A stretch of DNA of 42,499 nt from positions 1 to 42,499 of the forward strand of contig JAUCBJ010002521.1 in the NCBI GenBank assembly GCA_032718475.1, written 5' to 3'. Both the position numbers and the translations under genes were made by a program. The notes below the pieces were generated by a model. It did no database searches. It saw only the letters and a list, made by a program, of their open reading frames with translations, and was not told the DNA's origin. Shown piece by piece: positions 1 to 13,021 of this stretch. How positions within the stretch are numbered: the first letter of the stretch is position 1; each line of letters starts with the position of its first letter. Origin of the DNA: Nemertoderma westbladi. Its lineage: Eukaryota; Animalia; Xenacoelomorpha.

Positions 1-764
1 TAGTATGCGATCAAATTAATATGCCAAAGTGAAATTTGTTCACGTGCTGCGCGAAGTGTTTTTTGGCAAGCACTCTAAAATTATTTAAACAGGTTGTTAA
101 AAGTGGGTAGGGGTTTTTTTGAACCAAATTTCATGAAATCCATTGAAAAATCACAAAATATGGATAGGGGATAACCAATGGGAAAAGAAAAGGAGATACC
201 AGTACTGAAAATAGCGGGAACATTTGAAATATATTGTTCTTAAACTTTAAATGCATTTATCTCGGAATTGTATTTTTCACATTCAAAATACTACTACTCA
301 GCCATTTCTTAACCAATTTTCGAAATTTTTTTTTTGTTTGATTTCTTTTCGGGTTTTGATCAAAAGTTATCGGTTAGAATTTTGAATTGTGCCATATTAA
401 TTTCTTGAAATTAGTTAATATCTATTAAATAATAATTAATATTAGTTAATAATATTTAAAAAATATTTAAGACCTAAATAAAAAATGTAACCGATAAGTT
501 TTGTGGAGCCGAGGATGCTGATTCAGAAAATCCAAGTTTCGAAAATTTTCACCTAAAATTGTGAGACTAGTAGTGTTTTTAGTGAAATTAACAATTTCGC
601 TGGTGGCCGCTAGAGGGCGACGCAAATTTGAAAATTTTTTTTTGAACCCAATCTTTGGCCATATGTTAATCCCCCGAAAGGTATAAAATATACAAAACTA
701 CAAACAAGCAGAAATTATAGCCATTTGCAAAAATGGTCCATAGGGGGGTGTACCCCCCCCTTAA
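1..764. mobile_element. Right end of a probable non-autonomous TTAA-targeting DNA transposon (Kolobok-like termini)
   Basis: Non-coding stretch ending GGGGGGTGTACCCCCCCC followed by TTAA at 761-764. A CC-TTAA right end fits Kolobok rather than piggyBac. The left end is outside the window, so the TIR is unverified. Confidence 0.35.
604..622 (+). promoter_or_regulatory. CTCF-like motif
   Basis: TGGCCGCTAGAGGGCGACG closely matches the CTCF core consensus TGGCCACCAGGGGGCGCTA and stands out in AT-rich DNA. Confidence 0.35.
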
Positions 765-861
765 TTACATTATAAATTCGAAATAAATAAAAGTGAAATC
801 CAATTAATGTACATGTGACACCGCCACAGTATACATATACTACAGTACTTTTATTGTTGCA

Positions 862-1690
862 TACACCTTGCTCCGGAATATACTGCCATAATCAATAACA
901 CGATTGCATACAATTTGAAACAGATATAGTTTCACCTCCCTCCTCCTTACTGGGTGAGCCAGAATTTTTATTTTTGCAATCAATCTTTAGCTACAAGCTT
1001 TTAATAAAGTGTCTCGGGCGATATTGCACCAATCCCGCCGCAGTTACTCATCTACATCTATAGCTGTTTGTTGGTACCGATGATGGAAAGCTGGCCATGA
1101 AAGGATTCAAAATATGTAAAAACATTTGAATTATGTTGAGATATACAGCTGAGATATGACCGTTCAAATGTTGCATGGTTTTGCACCTGCGCGAAACTGT
1201 TTTATTCTATTCATTCAAACAATAAATACACCATATTCTAGAACATTTTGTTTATGTATGAATCGCTACGTCATACAGTAGTATTATTAAAGCAAGGCCA
1301 TTGTAATACAATGGCCTTGAATGTATTAAATTGTATTACCTTGATAGTCAGGATTAAAAGAGGTGCTGTATTACGTTGCACAGCTACGTATAGGATAAAC
1401 AAAATGTTCTAGAATATAGAGTATTTATTAAATAGAATAAAGGCCGGCATAGGAAGCAAATACATGCAACTTTCTAACGCCCATATCTCAGCTGTTTCCG
1501 AACTAAATTCAATGTTTTTACATACATGGAATCCTTAAATGGCCAGCATTCAATCGGTACCAACAAAAAGCTATGCGGTAGAAGAATAACTGCGGTGGGA
1601 CTGTTGCAATATCGTCGGAGACACTTTTTAGACGCTTGTAGCTAAAGATTGAAAGCAAAAATAAAAATTTTGGCTCACCCAATAAGTGGT
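862..1690. mobile_element. Long foldback MITE, copy 1 (right end truncated)
   Basis: Imperfect inverted arms (GGGTGAGCCAGAATTTTTATTTTTGC near 955 vs GCAAAAATAAAAATTTTGGCTCACCC near 1655-1680) and a central palindrome at 1293-1319. Homologous to 30848-31778, including the TA-CACC left terminus. Confidence 0.75.
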
Positions 1691-3704
1691 CGGGAACAGA
1701 AAGATTTTCTCCTGTTCCAGGGGAAAATCGACGCAAATAACATCTGATTACTCCCAAAATTATAACTGTAACCTGTTCTATTGACATTAGATTACTGTTT
1801 TGGTTAGAATAATGTGCTACTGTAAACTGCTCCTTTCCCTTAATTGTAATTTTAACATTGGGGCGTGATATTCATTCGCCGAAATGGGATTTGCGCCTAG
1901 TTTCCCATCTTGTCTCTGAATTTCATAAATATTCCTAACTAAAAATTATAGCCCTCCTATGATATTAGTGACTAATTTATTGTATTAAAGCGTTTAGAAA
2001 CACAAAATGTTGACAAAATCTCACAAAATTACATACGTCATACCTACCTACGTCATTGGATTAAAAGGGCACTCTTCAGCAATATAGAGTCTTGTAAATA
2101 TATGTTCAACTCTCTCGCTGCGCATCCTCGGTACATGAATGCACTCATAATGTGTGAAGTGCTAATTTTCACATCATAATAGACACTATTTTTCTTTGTG
2201 CTATTCTAATTTATTTATTTAATCTTATCTATTTATTTGCGTTGTGTAATTTATGTTTGGGTTTGCTATTGCTGTTCATTGTTCACGCTGTAATTTTATG
2301 TTTTGCTAATATCGGGTAAGGGCCACTAGCCTACGGGTGCTACAACAAATAAATAGGCGACTCAATCTTGCATAAAACCCAAAAGTAATTCGCAATGAAT
2401 CCGAACCACGATTTTTGGATTCTACCTTTTTTAAATTTAATTGGCAGAACATATATTTATTCATTGAAATTCTTATATAAATTTGCATAACACAAGAAGA
2501 GTAGTAGCACAATATTATACTGCTATTCAAATTATTATAAAATTATATTATATCAAATTATATCAAATTATATTATAAAAATTAAACTGGCCCATCGCAC
2601 GTCAATTGTTATATCTCGGTAACTTTAAGTCGCATCCACTTTTTAAATATACGTTTATAATATCAAAATTTTCAATTAATGTAATTGAGTATGAGTATGA
2701 TTTTGTACAATGTTTTTCGATAAAAAAAGTATTGGAAATAGGCACTTTTCGTCAGTGTTAGGAATTGAAATTGTACTACATGTATTCTGTCTTAATGTGT
2801 GTGTTGTATTAAGTTTTGCGCGATAAGGATAATTTTTTGGAGTTTCTTTTAATCCTAAATAAAATGCAACGGATTGAAATCCGCATACCAACAGTAAAAT
2901 ATTTAAACGTAAATAAAAAAATAATAGTCTATAATTGTGGCCTTCCAGAACCTTTTTTACGGAACAGACTGCCCGGTGTGCTGTTTTCGAACTTTCGGTC
3001 AAGTGGCCCGACTTCCAAAAGGGGTCGACGCAGCTGTTCAGGGAATTCGTGTCCAACTTTAATTGAGTTTGCTTTGTGAACCCGTCCGGTGTAGTAATAA
3101 TAACAATAATAATAACTCCTAAAGATACCCTAAAGAAATGGCGAATGTACACCATGCTGAACCCGTACTCATTGCCCAGGTTCACAGTCCCAAGACCCAC
3201 GCCCACTACATTAGTTCCACTCCAACGTCCATATACCACCGTACGGTCGGTCCCAAGCCCACATTTAATCGAAATACAGGATCCATGGAAACTGCCTCTA
3301 AAATGTAGTCTCTCTAGTAACCAACAATGAACGCGACTAATTGGTGCTTAACGTCTGGAATCTATCATCCATCTGTCATAGGTGCGGCGCGGGTTTTTAC
3401 TGAACAATTTGCGTCTCAAAGGTAAAAGAAGCACCATCACCTCAAAAATTATTGCTGCTGTGGGCCGCCCGCGCCCATCCACTACCAATCTGGCTTGCCA
3501 CGCAATATTGAATTGTTTCAGCGAGTGCCTCTGAACTTCTCAAAGTTTACTCAGATGCGATGCCGGCACTTTGTCAGTGCCGGCTTCACAACATTCCAGT
3601 ACACAAGAATGCCCTCGGGCCTCGCCCAGCTTTATATTTCCAACCCTTACCATAGGTCGACTAAGCAATCAATAATTGTAATCAACTTTTCTTTGTGAAT
3701 TTTA

Positions 3705-3992
3705 AATTGCGTATAAATTAGAAGTATTTCTAAGAATATTAAGGCTTTGTTTGTGTGCCATCTTATCTGTATCGAATATCTATGACAATGATAAATATAA
3801 CGATAACCAATAATCTAAATGGATTGAAATGACTAAAGGTATAGCACTAATTGCGTATAAATTAGAAGTATTTCTAAGAATATTAAGGCTTTGTTTGTGT
3901 GCCATCTTATCTGTATCGAATATCTATGACAATGATAAATATAACGATAACCAATAATCTAAATGGATTGAAATGACTAAAGGTATAGCACT
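3705..3992. repeat. Perfect tandem duplication, 2 x 144 bp
   Basis: AATTGCGTATAAATTAG...GGTATAGCACT starts at 3705 and again at 3849. Confidence 0.95.
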
Positions 3993-4489
3993 ATTATTCT
4001 ATAAAAAAAGTAAGCGGAAAAATTAGTGGAAAATAGTGTTTTCCGTTACGTTTTTATATCGAATATATTATTTTCATTCATAAATTGTAAATTCTTCGCT
4101 GGAATTTAGACCAAAATCGGGAGAAAAAATTTCATTCTTTTTCCCTAGGGTAAAAAAGTAACCCATAGGGTTGCATTGATGTTACTTTTTTCCCGGCGAA
4201 AAAAGTAAAATAAAAATGTTTGGTGGAATCTCTTAAATTTTATTAAAAGTGCTGAAAGAGCAATGACGTAGAAAAGGTTTGCACGTAATTTGAGCAAAAT
4301 CCATGCACGTACTCAAAAGTTATGGCAAATTTAGTGTCTGCGCGGCGTTCTCCAAAACGGAACTCAATAATCCAATATTGGTTTATGTAGTTAAGCGGCT
4401 CTCTAGTTACGTAATAAATATTCGAGAACACTAAATTATTTAACATAGAGTAAGGCAGTCAGTCATCTGGAGTTGAAGAGTACAGTAAT

Positions 4490-4958
4490 TTGAATTGCAG
4501 CAACTATACAAATGGTCGATCATTTACCAAGGTCAATCGCATACCCCCTAGATATGACTCACCCTATGTAAGTTTCCATATGACCTGCAACCAAGATGAG
4601 CGGAATAAGGTGATGGATCCGAATGTCTGGATCCGGATCCGGGAAGAAGTATCTATTCGTAATTACTCAGTTAATGCAGACGGGCGAGCCCTACTTGGTC
4701 TGCGTCCTCGTCCACAGCGCCAAAGTGACCAACTAATTGATCGGCATCATCATCAATTGGCCAACAGCTGGCCCCTAAAATCGGACTGACACACAGCTGC
4801 CCCCCCCCCTCCCCAATAGCCACGGGCGACCGCCTTCACATCTCATTGTGGAATGTTGAAGGTCTACAGTATCTCATAGACACTTTGGATAAAGACGAGT
4901 TGTTTACAAACTCTAATGTTCTGCTATTTACTGAAACTTTTTATACAGATACAGTAGA
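4490..4958 (+). mobile_element. 5' relic of a non-LTR retrotransposon (ORF1 C-terminus and start of AP endonuclease), cut by the LTR element
   Basis: From about 4834 it translates LHISLWNVEGLQYLIDTLDKDELFTNSNVLLFTETF (APE motifs WNVxGL and xTET). The upstream ORF (YVSFHMTC...MDPNVW) resembles a LINE ORF1 tail. Confidence 0.6.
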
Positions 4959-5134
4959 TGTTGATATCACAACATAGTGAAACTCAAACGTAATAGAGAC
5001 TGGCATATATATTAATATAGTTTAAGAGTATATCTATATATAAGTCAGGATCGTATTTGAAATTCCCTTCACCATAATCATATGGATAGTGCTACAGACC
5101 TACAACAGTATAATGTTATAAGGTTCCTACTACA
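4959..5134 (-). repeat. Probable 3' LTR (about 176 bp) preceded by a polypurine tract
   Basis: The minus strand reads PPT AGAAAGAGAGAGAGA (about 5135-5149), then TGTAG...TCAACA, giving TG...CA termini. The LTR end coincides with the break in the upstream APE frame. Confidence 0.6.
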
Positions 5135-7037
5135 TCTCTCTCTCTTTCTTTGAGCAGAACGATGTTCTGCTTACTTTACATACTGATATGGTACTGTAAT
5201 TTTTCGATCCCGTCCGGAACGTCTAGGCTGATGAACTGCATAATTTTCAATAGGTCCAACATGATCAGGCTGAGCTGCACCCAGATTCTCATCGTCCTCT
5301 TTGTGATGTTGTGCTGTTGTACTATGTGTCGCGGCATAAGCACTTTTTGGGCGGATAAATATCCGGTTATGGTGGTATTCCTTTCCATTATCAGTCTCGA
5401 TTATATAGTCATTGTTGTCGAGAATCTCAGTTACAACACCGGAACAGAACCAGCGCCTTGATTTCGGATCCTGAACCCAGACAAGTTCTCCCTGTTCGAT
5501 TGGTTGGAGCATTCTAGCCTTACTGATTTTCATTTCTGTGGCTTCCTCTGTCTTCATAACCCGAGCGGTTGCACCCACAGTGCGTGTCGCAGGCGTCACC
5601 ATTGGGGTTTCCAAACGGGGAACGAGTGTCCATTGCTCACGGATTGCTCAAGCATTGCTGGACTTACACTTCCTGAGCTGGTTGCGTTATTAATTTCTAA
5701 CAACCCGAAAGCAAATTCTATATCCTCATGATCAGAAGTATTTGTCTTCTTGAATAGATGCTTGACCCACTTTACGGCTGCCTCAGCATGTAATAATAAT
5801 AATTATTATTATTTCACATTTCTTGTAGAAAGCCTGTGCTTCAGCATCAATAAATTGCGGTCCACCATCGGTCGAGATTTCATTTGGGATACCAGTATCC
5901 CTATAGATCAGGGTCAGGTAACGAATCACCAGTGCTGATGTTGGGCAGTTTCTCCATCTTGCAGTATGAGTATATCCACTGAATCGATCAGTATAAACAA
6001 TGTAGTAGTACCCTGCATGTTGAAACAGATCAGCTGTTACTGAAGAATATGGTCCTTGTGGTACTGGTGTTGGTAAGATTGGTTCTGGATTGAGTGACTG
6101 TCAGAGCATCTGACAAGGCTCACATGAATCTGATAAATTCTTAAGGTCAGATCGCATGGAAGGCCAATGCACCGATGGTTTTGCCCTGAGAAGAATTCTG
6201 TTAAATCCAGAGTGGCCAAGATGCAGAGCCTGTAGAACGCCTTTGCGTTCCCTCTGTGGTATCACTACCACATGACATAAATGCCCATTGATGATCACCA
6301 GTCCATCCTCAATAGCAAGTTCGTCAAACTTACTCTTGTAGCAATGTGAGAGGCCTGTTGTTCCAGGTTTGCCTTGCTTGATAGCCTCGATCAGGTTGGT
6401 GTAATCAGTATCAGCTTTTGCCACATCCTTCAAGCATTGTAATATAAGGTCATTATCTATGTACCCTTCCTTTATAGTTTCCATTGCACATACTGTTGCC
6501 CAAGCTCCTTCTGGAGTAACAGAACTCTCAGCCAGGTATTCCACTGTTGGATTCAATACTGGATATCTTGAAAGTGCATCGGGGGCAAGGTTCAGTGCTC
6601 CATTCTTCCACTTTACAATGAAGGTGTATGCTGTCAGCTTAGTTCTATATGAGGCTACACGAACATTCTCCACCTGATCAATTGTTTTGGAGTTGAAAAG
6701 TGCTCGCAATGGTGCATGGTCTGTGATGACTTTGAAGTTTGGATGACCCAAGAGGTACATTTTACATTTCCTGATTGCCCAAGTGATGGCCAGAGCTTCC
6801 ACCTCTATAACAGCATACCGACTCTCAGCTGAACTAAGAAATCTAGATTCGCATTTAATTAGCAACCACTGCTCTGTAGCTAAATTGCACTGCATGAGGC
6901 AAAATTCTAATCCATGCCTACTCGCATCCGTAAACAAGGCAGTTTCTTTTGCTGTATTCCTCCACGGCTTTAATACAGGCAGGGTTGTCAACACATTCTT
7001 AGTCTTTTCAAAAGCAGTCTTTTGTGGGGATGCCCAT

Positions 7038-7342
7038 TCTACTAGGATCGGGATGCTGCATTGCTGTAAGAATGCTGTGCCGGCTTATCAACAAAATTGC
7101 ACCGCCACAACTCCCTATCACCCATGACATTTGCTAGATCATCCGCATCTTCAAGGCCAGTGTCCTTTAAGATGCGTCTCAAGAAAGTCATGGGCTGTCC
7201 ACCATGCTTATTCACTCCATGAGGCTGCCAAAGTACAAGATTATGCACTGGCTGGTCCTCACTGCAAAAGCAATGTCCTGCAAAGCGGAGGCGATTTTGT
7301 GCTAGTGTCAAGCTTGGGGGAACCTATGAGACACCTCCAATG
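7038..7342 (-). mobile_element. 5'-truncated RTE LINE copy inserted between the gypsy RT and RNase H
   Basis: Near-identical to the 3' end of the 10011-13021 element (NRLRFAGHCF...VDKPAQHS, TAG tail). Flanked by TSD ATGCCCAT at 7030-7037 and 7344-7351. Confidence 0.9.
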
Positions 7343-9194
7343 AATGCCCATAAGAATTCAGTCTTGGTTGACAGCAGTGGATGTAAAGGCTCCACTGTTG
7401 GCTTGAATTCTGCAGAAATATTGCCGAGCTGATTTGCAAGGTCCATGAAACTCTTCAGTTCTGTCCTAGTTGTCAGCTCTGGAAATTCAAGGATTGCTTT
7501 TACTTTTTCTGGATCTGCATGGATGCCCTGGCCATTGATTAAGAAGCCAACAAACTTGATCGTTTTCTTGCAGATTTCAGCCTTCTCCTTGTTCAGGGTG
7601 ATTGAATATTTTCTACATCTCTCCAAGACTGTAATCAACTTAGCCATGCAGAATGTTTTAGAATGTTTTGGCCCTTCCAGCAATGTCGTCAGTTTGCTTC
7701 ACTACATCACTGATGCCTTTCAGTGCCACATCCCCTCTCAGTGAGTAAGAGTAACCTGTATATGTGAATCCCATTCGACTTCTGTTATAATAATAGTACC
7801 CAAGCCATGTAGCAAAAGTTGTCATTATCTTTGATTCTTCTGCTAGTGGCATCTGGTAGTACCCATTTGATGCATCCGGTTTGAAGTACCATTCATTGCC
7901 ACCACTGGCTACTAGGGTGGCAACTGCCTCAAAAGACGGCTGTACAGAATGGTACGTATTACCTGTGAATTCAGCTTTGTTAAGTCTGCACAGATTCTCA
8001 CATCTATATTAGGCTTTGGTGCCATAACCATCGGATGTGCCCACTCTGTTGGGCGATCAGCTAATGGAGAGATCCAACTTTGATCAACCATCCGCTTCAA
8101 ATCCTTAGCAGTCTTGTTTGGTACTGGTCTTGATGCTCCGACAATGAAGGGTTTTGCATCTGCTTTCAAAACAATTTTCATTGGTTTACCAACTCCTGCT
8201 CCAGCCATTGTCTTGAGTTCTGTTGTATTGAAAACATCCTCAAACTTCTTGAATAGAAACTCTCTGATCTTTGAAATTTGAGACTCTGTTGGTATGTCTG
8301 GCAAATTAGTACACCATTGCATAGCCCAGTCTGGTATCTCTCCTGTAGTTGGTATCCTTTCTGGGGTCGGGTCTAATGGGTCAGGGGTTCTTGTGCCAAC
8401 AGAAGCAACAACTGGAACAGGATGAGGGAATGTTTCTGGTATGATATGTAGTTGCTTGCAAACTTCCAGAGAGCGGTAGAGCCAAAGAAAAGAAAGAAAA
8501 TAAAAGAAAAGAACTGTCATCATTGCTGCCGTACACATACCAAATAAATTTTCTACCTGATCCTCTCTTGGAGCCTTGTCCAATGCTGCCTGTCGACGAT
8601 ATACACACATAAGACTTGCCCCATGAGTGCAATGAGTGTATCTGTGAGCTGGTGTCAAATTTTGGTGGTCTTGGTAGATTATCCAACCTTATCCAGCCCT
8701 GTTTGGGCTGTTTGCTGGGGGGTGATAGAATGCCTGTCTGTAATGGAATATCTGGCCTCAGGGTCCATGACTGTATAAATGTCAGTACAGACTTCCGTTG
8801 AAAAGAAGTCCAGGTCACACAACACTTTCAAGTCATCCGTATCCTCAACATTAAGGATCTCATTGACATTTTGCTGTGCATCCATGTAGGTATCCAGTCG
8901 TTCACGAACTTTGAGCATTGCTTGTTCCAAGCCTGCCGTGCTGCCACATGAGCCAACTTCCCCTTGTGCTATGTACCTGTCAAGCAATCTCCTGGCTGTT
9001 TTAATGGAATTGTTGGTGTTGAGACGGTACCCATCACGTCGCTTCTTTGCCCTTTTTAGTTCAGCTTCTAGTGCAGCAATGTCTCTTGCTTCAGCCATAT
9101 TGATGATATTTGGTAACTTTCCATCAAGGAAAATCAAAATAAAATAAGAAAAACAAAATTTAAAAACAACACAGGTAGAAGGTAGACAGGTAGA

Positions 9195-9880
9195 GGAATA
9201 TTCCGCGCAAAAATTGTATTGACAGAATTTTGTAATTATGTTTAAAAAAGTTATGGCATTTTTTGTTTAAAAAATAGCGAAATTTTGGAATTTTTTAGAT
9301 TTTGGGTACTTTTGAAACGAAATATACCATAACTGTATTTTGAAACAAAATTTCAAAATTATGTCAAGACCATTTTTGCATGGGATGTTCCTCTACATAA
9401 TTCTGCAAACAGAACAAAAATCTGTTGAGTAGTTAATTAACAAGTTGATAAAGAAAGTGTCCCAAAAAGCCAATGCAAGAAAAATTACATTTAAATTTCC
9501 TCCTGATTACAACTGACCAAACGTGTACCAAAATGAAGAATTTTTAAAATTTTTCAAAAAATTATCTTCTTCTTCAGTTTAGATACCTATAGGCTAATTT
9601 GCGGCACTGATTCCGAAAATGGCCAAATGGTATTTTTTGGTGTCAAATGTGGTGCTGCACTGAAATTAAAAAGTTTAAAATTTTGGGTGAAAATTACAAA
9701 AGTTGCCATAAATCGAGAATAAAACAACAACATATCGAAAAACTGATTTCAGATTCGGAATCACCATATAATCTGACAACGGAAAGCACAAAATTAAAAA
9801 AGCCAAGCAGATTGGCTATTTGTTTCCACGAGTACCAGGAATTTCATAAAAATACGACAGTTGATTGTTCAATTTTAAAC
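9195..9880. mobile_element. Probable non-autonomous DNA transposon relic replacing the gypsy 5' end
   Basis: Abrupt switch to AT-rich non-coding sequence with short palindromes (GATTCGGAATC), similar in style to 1-760. No paired TIR identified. Confidence 0.3.
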
Positions 9881-10010
9881 AGAGAGGTAGCCCAGGCCCA
9901 CCATGTGGCATGTTTCCAGATCTACAATAGTGGACTATAGCAGTTAGAGATGGAACACTTGCCAGCAAAGCAATGTATGGAATTACATCAACTGTAGTTG
10001 TGGAAACTGA

Positions 10011-13000
10011 CCATTGTCAGGTCAGGTATTCTAGGTCATTGATCAAGAAAACTTGCCACCTCCATGCAGCATAAAGGAGGTGCCACCTGTAGCTGCATAG
10101 ACCCCTTTTACTAGGGCAAATCTGGTCCTGTAACTAGGACCCCCTTCGTTCTGGGATAAGGACGCCCTTGGTCCTGGATTAAGGACCCATATACTTGGCT
10201 GCAGGGGTATATGGCCTGACCAGGCAGATGGTGATCTACCAATGGCTGGTCAGGAGTAGAGTGTTCTCATGTCCACTCTGAGAGCACTCACTGCGACCTG
10301 CACCTGGCAGCAAGGGTACAGGGCATGACCCAGCAGATGAGCTGCAACAGCCAATGGTGGGTCATGTGCGCCAGAGTAGATTTGGGTGATGGGCCTCATA
10401 TCTGACTCCATTGCGACACCCACCCTGTGGAATGGCAAACCAGGGTGTGGTATTTGCCCCGAGAGCTGACTCGGCAAAAAAGCACCCCCCAACCCCCACT
10501 ATGGCAATTAGCAATTAGCAACGCACATTAGCAATGCTGAGGTCCGGCCACTAGAGGCCAGTGGAATTACCGGACACAATCGGCCTCACAGGCGTCAGTT
10601 AACTCCTGACCGGCTGCCTGTCTCACCCCCTACTGGAGAGAGAGCAGTCAACAATTATTTGAGTCCCTTTCCTGATGACCTTTCTGGCCCAAACCCTGGG
10701 TCACCAGGGAGGCCAGATGGTGATGGGGAGAGGGATTCTGGAGTTGGAGGCTACTCTCATGTTCCACCCCGACCAACAAAGCCATTGGTGAATCTGAGGC
10801 AAGTCACTAGCCTCAGTAAACACCCTAACCCTCGGGTCCCCAATGCGACAAGGTGAGCTGACTGCCTTGGCAGATAAGCTTTCTCTTAGCGCAGTGGGTG
10901 TTCAAGAGCACCGAATGCAGACTGGACAGACTGATGAGGTTCTGATTAAGGACATGGGGGGCGGTTGGCGACTCGCCCTCGCGTCAGCAGATGATAGTGG
11001 CAATGGTGGAATTGGTCTATTGATGAATCCAACTGCACATGCAGCATTGGACAAAATAGACCAAATCTCTAACCGCATCATCCGTTGCCACTTCTCAAAC
11101 AGACTACAGCGGCCAAGAATGCAGTTAAGGCTGCATCTAGGTCCCTGAACAGGCATTACTCTGTTAATCTACAGGAGCTAATAAACCAACAGGTTGATGC
11201 CATCAATGATGCTGACGACAGCAGGCAATCATCCCAGGCATGGAAATCGATCAATCTGCTTACTGGGCGGAAAAGCCAACCAACCACCAAGGTTAAGGCT
11301 GAATCACCAGCCGATCGCCTCAATGGTTGGAAAGCCCACTTTGAAAAGCTCCTCAATAATGACAGGGTATTGCCTGATAACTTTATAGAAGTAAAGGTGT
11401 CTGAGTCTGTACTCCCAGATATTCCCATTGGCGATATCTCCTTTGCAGAAGTGAAGGCTGCTGCAAAGAGCATTAAGACCAATCGTGCCAGTGGAGTAGA
11501 TGGTGTTCCCCCTGAGGTCTTTAAAATACCTGAGTGTTTAAAGCTCATCTATCCCATCATAGTAGACATGTACCGTACAACAAGAGTCCCACAAGAAATG
11601 AAAACAAATAAGTTGGTGCCAGTTCCCAAGAAGGGCAACCTAACACTCTATGGTTCTTTTCGGGGAATCTCATTGATCTCGATTGCTGCAAAGCTATACA
11701 ATAGGATTCTATTAAATCGCATCAGGGATCCCATTGAGAGACTGCTCCGTGGAAATCAGAATGGGTTCCGTAAAGGTCGTGGGACCATGGAGCCCATTTT
11801 GGCACTTAGAAGGATAATTGAAGAATTATCAAAAAAGAAAGACAGGCATCTGGCTGTTATCTTTGTTGACTTCTTCAAGGCCTTTGATTCAGTCTCTCGC
11901 TCACGTATGTTCAGCATACTTTCATTATATGGGATTCCTGATGAAATTATTGCAGCAATCAGATCAGTATACGATGGTTCGACAACATTTGTGTCTACTG
12001 TTGACGGTGACACAGAACCATTTGAAGTGTTATGAGGCGTCCTCCAAGGAGACACACTTGCACCATTCTTGTTCATTATTGTGGTTGACTATGTTCTACG
12101 CATGTCCTTAGATCATCATAATGATGATGGGGTGATGATAACTCCACCTACTGGCTCCAGAAGTCGAGGAAATCCTGCCAAGTACCTAACTGATCTAGAC
12201 TTTGCTGATGACTTAGGAGTACTCTCAGAATCATTAGAGGGAGCCCAACGGCTCCTCAGCTCATTAGAACATGCTGCTTCTAGTGTTGGTCTTTTTATTA
12301 ACTCCAGAAAGACCAAAATTCTGACAGTTAACTTTGAAAGTCCTCAGCAAGTCTCTGATTGGATGAGCATAAGCTCAAAGGATGGTATGCTTGAGCATGT
12401 GGACGACTTCTGTTACCTGGGATCATGGATCCGGAAGTCAGGTGCGGACCTTCGAATACGTAAGGGAAAGGCATGGGCAGCCTTGAATAGGCTTTCCAGG
12501 ATTTGGAAGTCACCGATAATTAATCGGAAACTTAAGGTCCGATTATTTAGAGCAGCAGTAGTTCCAGTACTCCTCTATGGGAGTCCATGCTGGGCTCTAA
12601 CTGCTGAGGACACCAAATCTCTGGATGGCACATTCACAAGAATGCTACGCCGGGTTCATTGTGTCAAGTACAATGCACACATCTCCAACCAGACACTATA
12701 TAACATTGGAGGTGTCTCATTGGTTCCCCCAAGCTTGACACTAGAACAAAATCGCCTCCGCTTTGCAGGACATTGCTTTCGCCGTGAGGACCAGCCAGTG
12801 CATAATCTTGTACTTTGGCAGCCTCATGGAGTGAATAAGCATGGTGGACAGCCCATGACTTTCTTGAGACGCATCTTAAAGGACACTGGCCTTAAAGATG
12901 CGGATGATCTAGCAAATGTCATGGGTGATAGGGAGTTGTGGCGGTGCAATTTTGTTGACAAGCCGGCACAGCATTCTTAAAAATGCAGCTGCAATGCAGC

Positions 13001-13021
13001 ATGCCGATCCTAGTAGTAGTA
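10011..13021 (+). mobile_element. RTE-clade LINE with both ends, defective (internal APE deletion, frameshifts, one nonsense codon)
   Basis: TSD GTGGAAACTGA at 10000-10010 and 13022-13032; (TAG)n tail; about 650-bp GC-rich 5' UTR. APE motifs LASVNTLTL, VGVQEHR, GGIG; RT motifs RGISL, QNGFR, FVDFFKAFDSV, GVLQGDTLAP, FADD, YLGS. In-frame TGA at 12033-12035. Confidence 0.95.

Larger units (their letters stand above)
4959..9190 (-). mobile_element. Degenerate Ty3/gypsy LTR retrotransposon (gag, RT, RNase H, integrase fragments)
   Basis: Minus-strand fragments in RT-RH-INT order: gag-like helical ORF 8679-9137; RT (WAHPMVMAPKP, VRICADLTKLN, degenerate QTDD); RNase H (TDAS, YAVIEVEALA, TDHAPL, APDALSR); integrase zinc finger (HLGH...CEPC); C-terminal GELVWVQD...NRIFIRP. 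Many frameshifts and deletions; no 5' LTR found. Confidence 0.9.

Noticed and set aside
3249-3260. GGTCCCAAGCCC, identical to the twister ribozyme L4 motif
   Set aside because: The flanks do not form P4 and the downstream GAGGG pseudoknot partner is missing; at best a decayed relic.
2306-3698. Several 60-190 aa ORFs on both strands
   Set aside because: No recognisable domains, mostly non-ATG starts, and overlapping on opposite strands; consistent with chance.
10011-10200. Canonical HDV-like ribozyme at the RTE 5' end
   Set aside because: Could not identify the P1/P3/L3 nested double-pseudoknot order by eye; reported only as an unassigned structured UTR.
12033-12035. In-frame TGA in the RTE RT as programmed readthrough or selenocysteine
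   Set aside because: The element has other disabling lesions; a simple nonsense mutation is more parsimonious.
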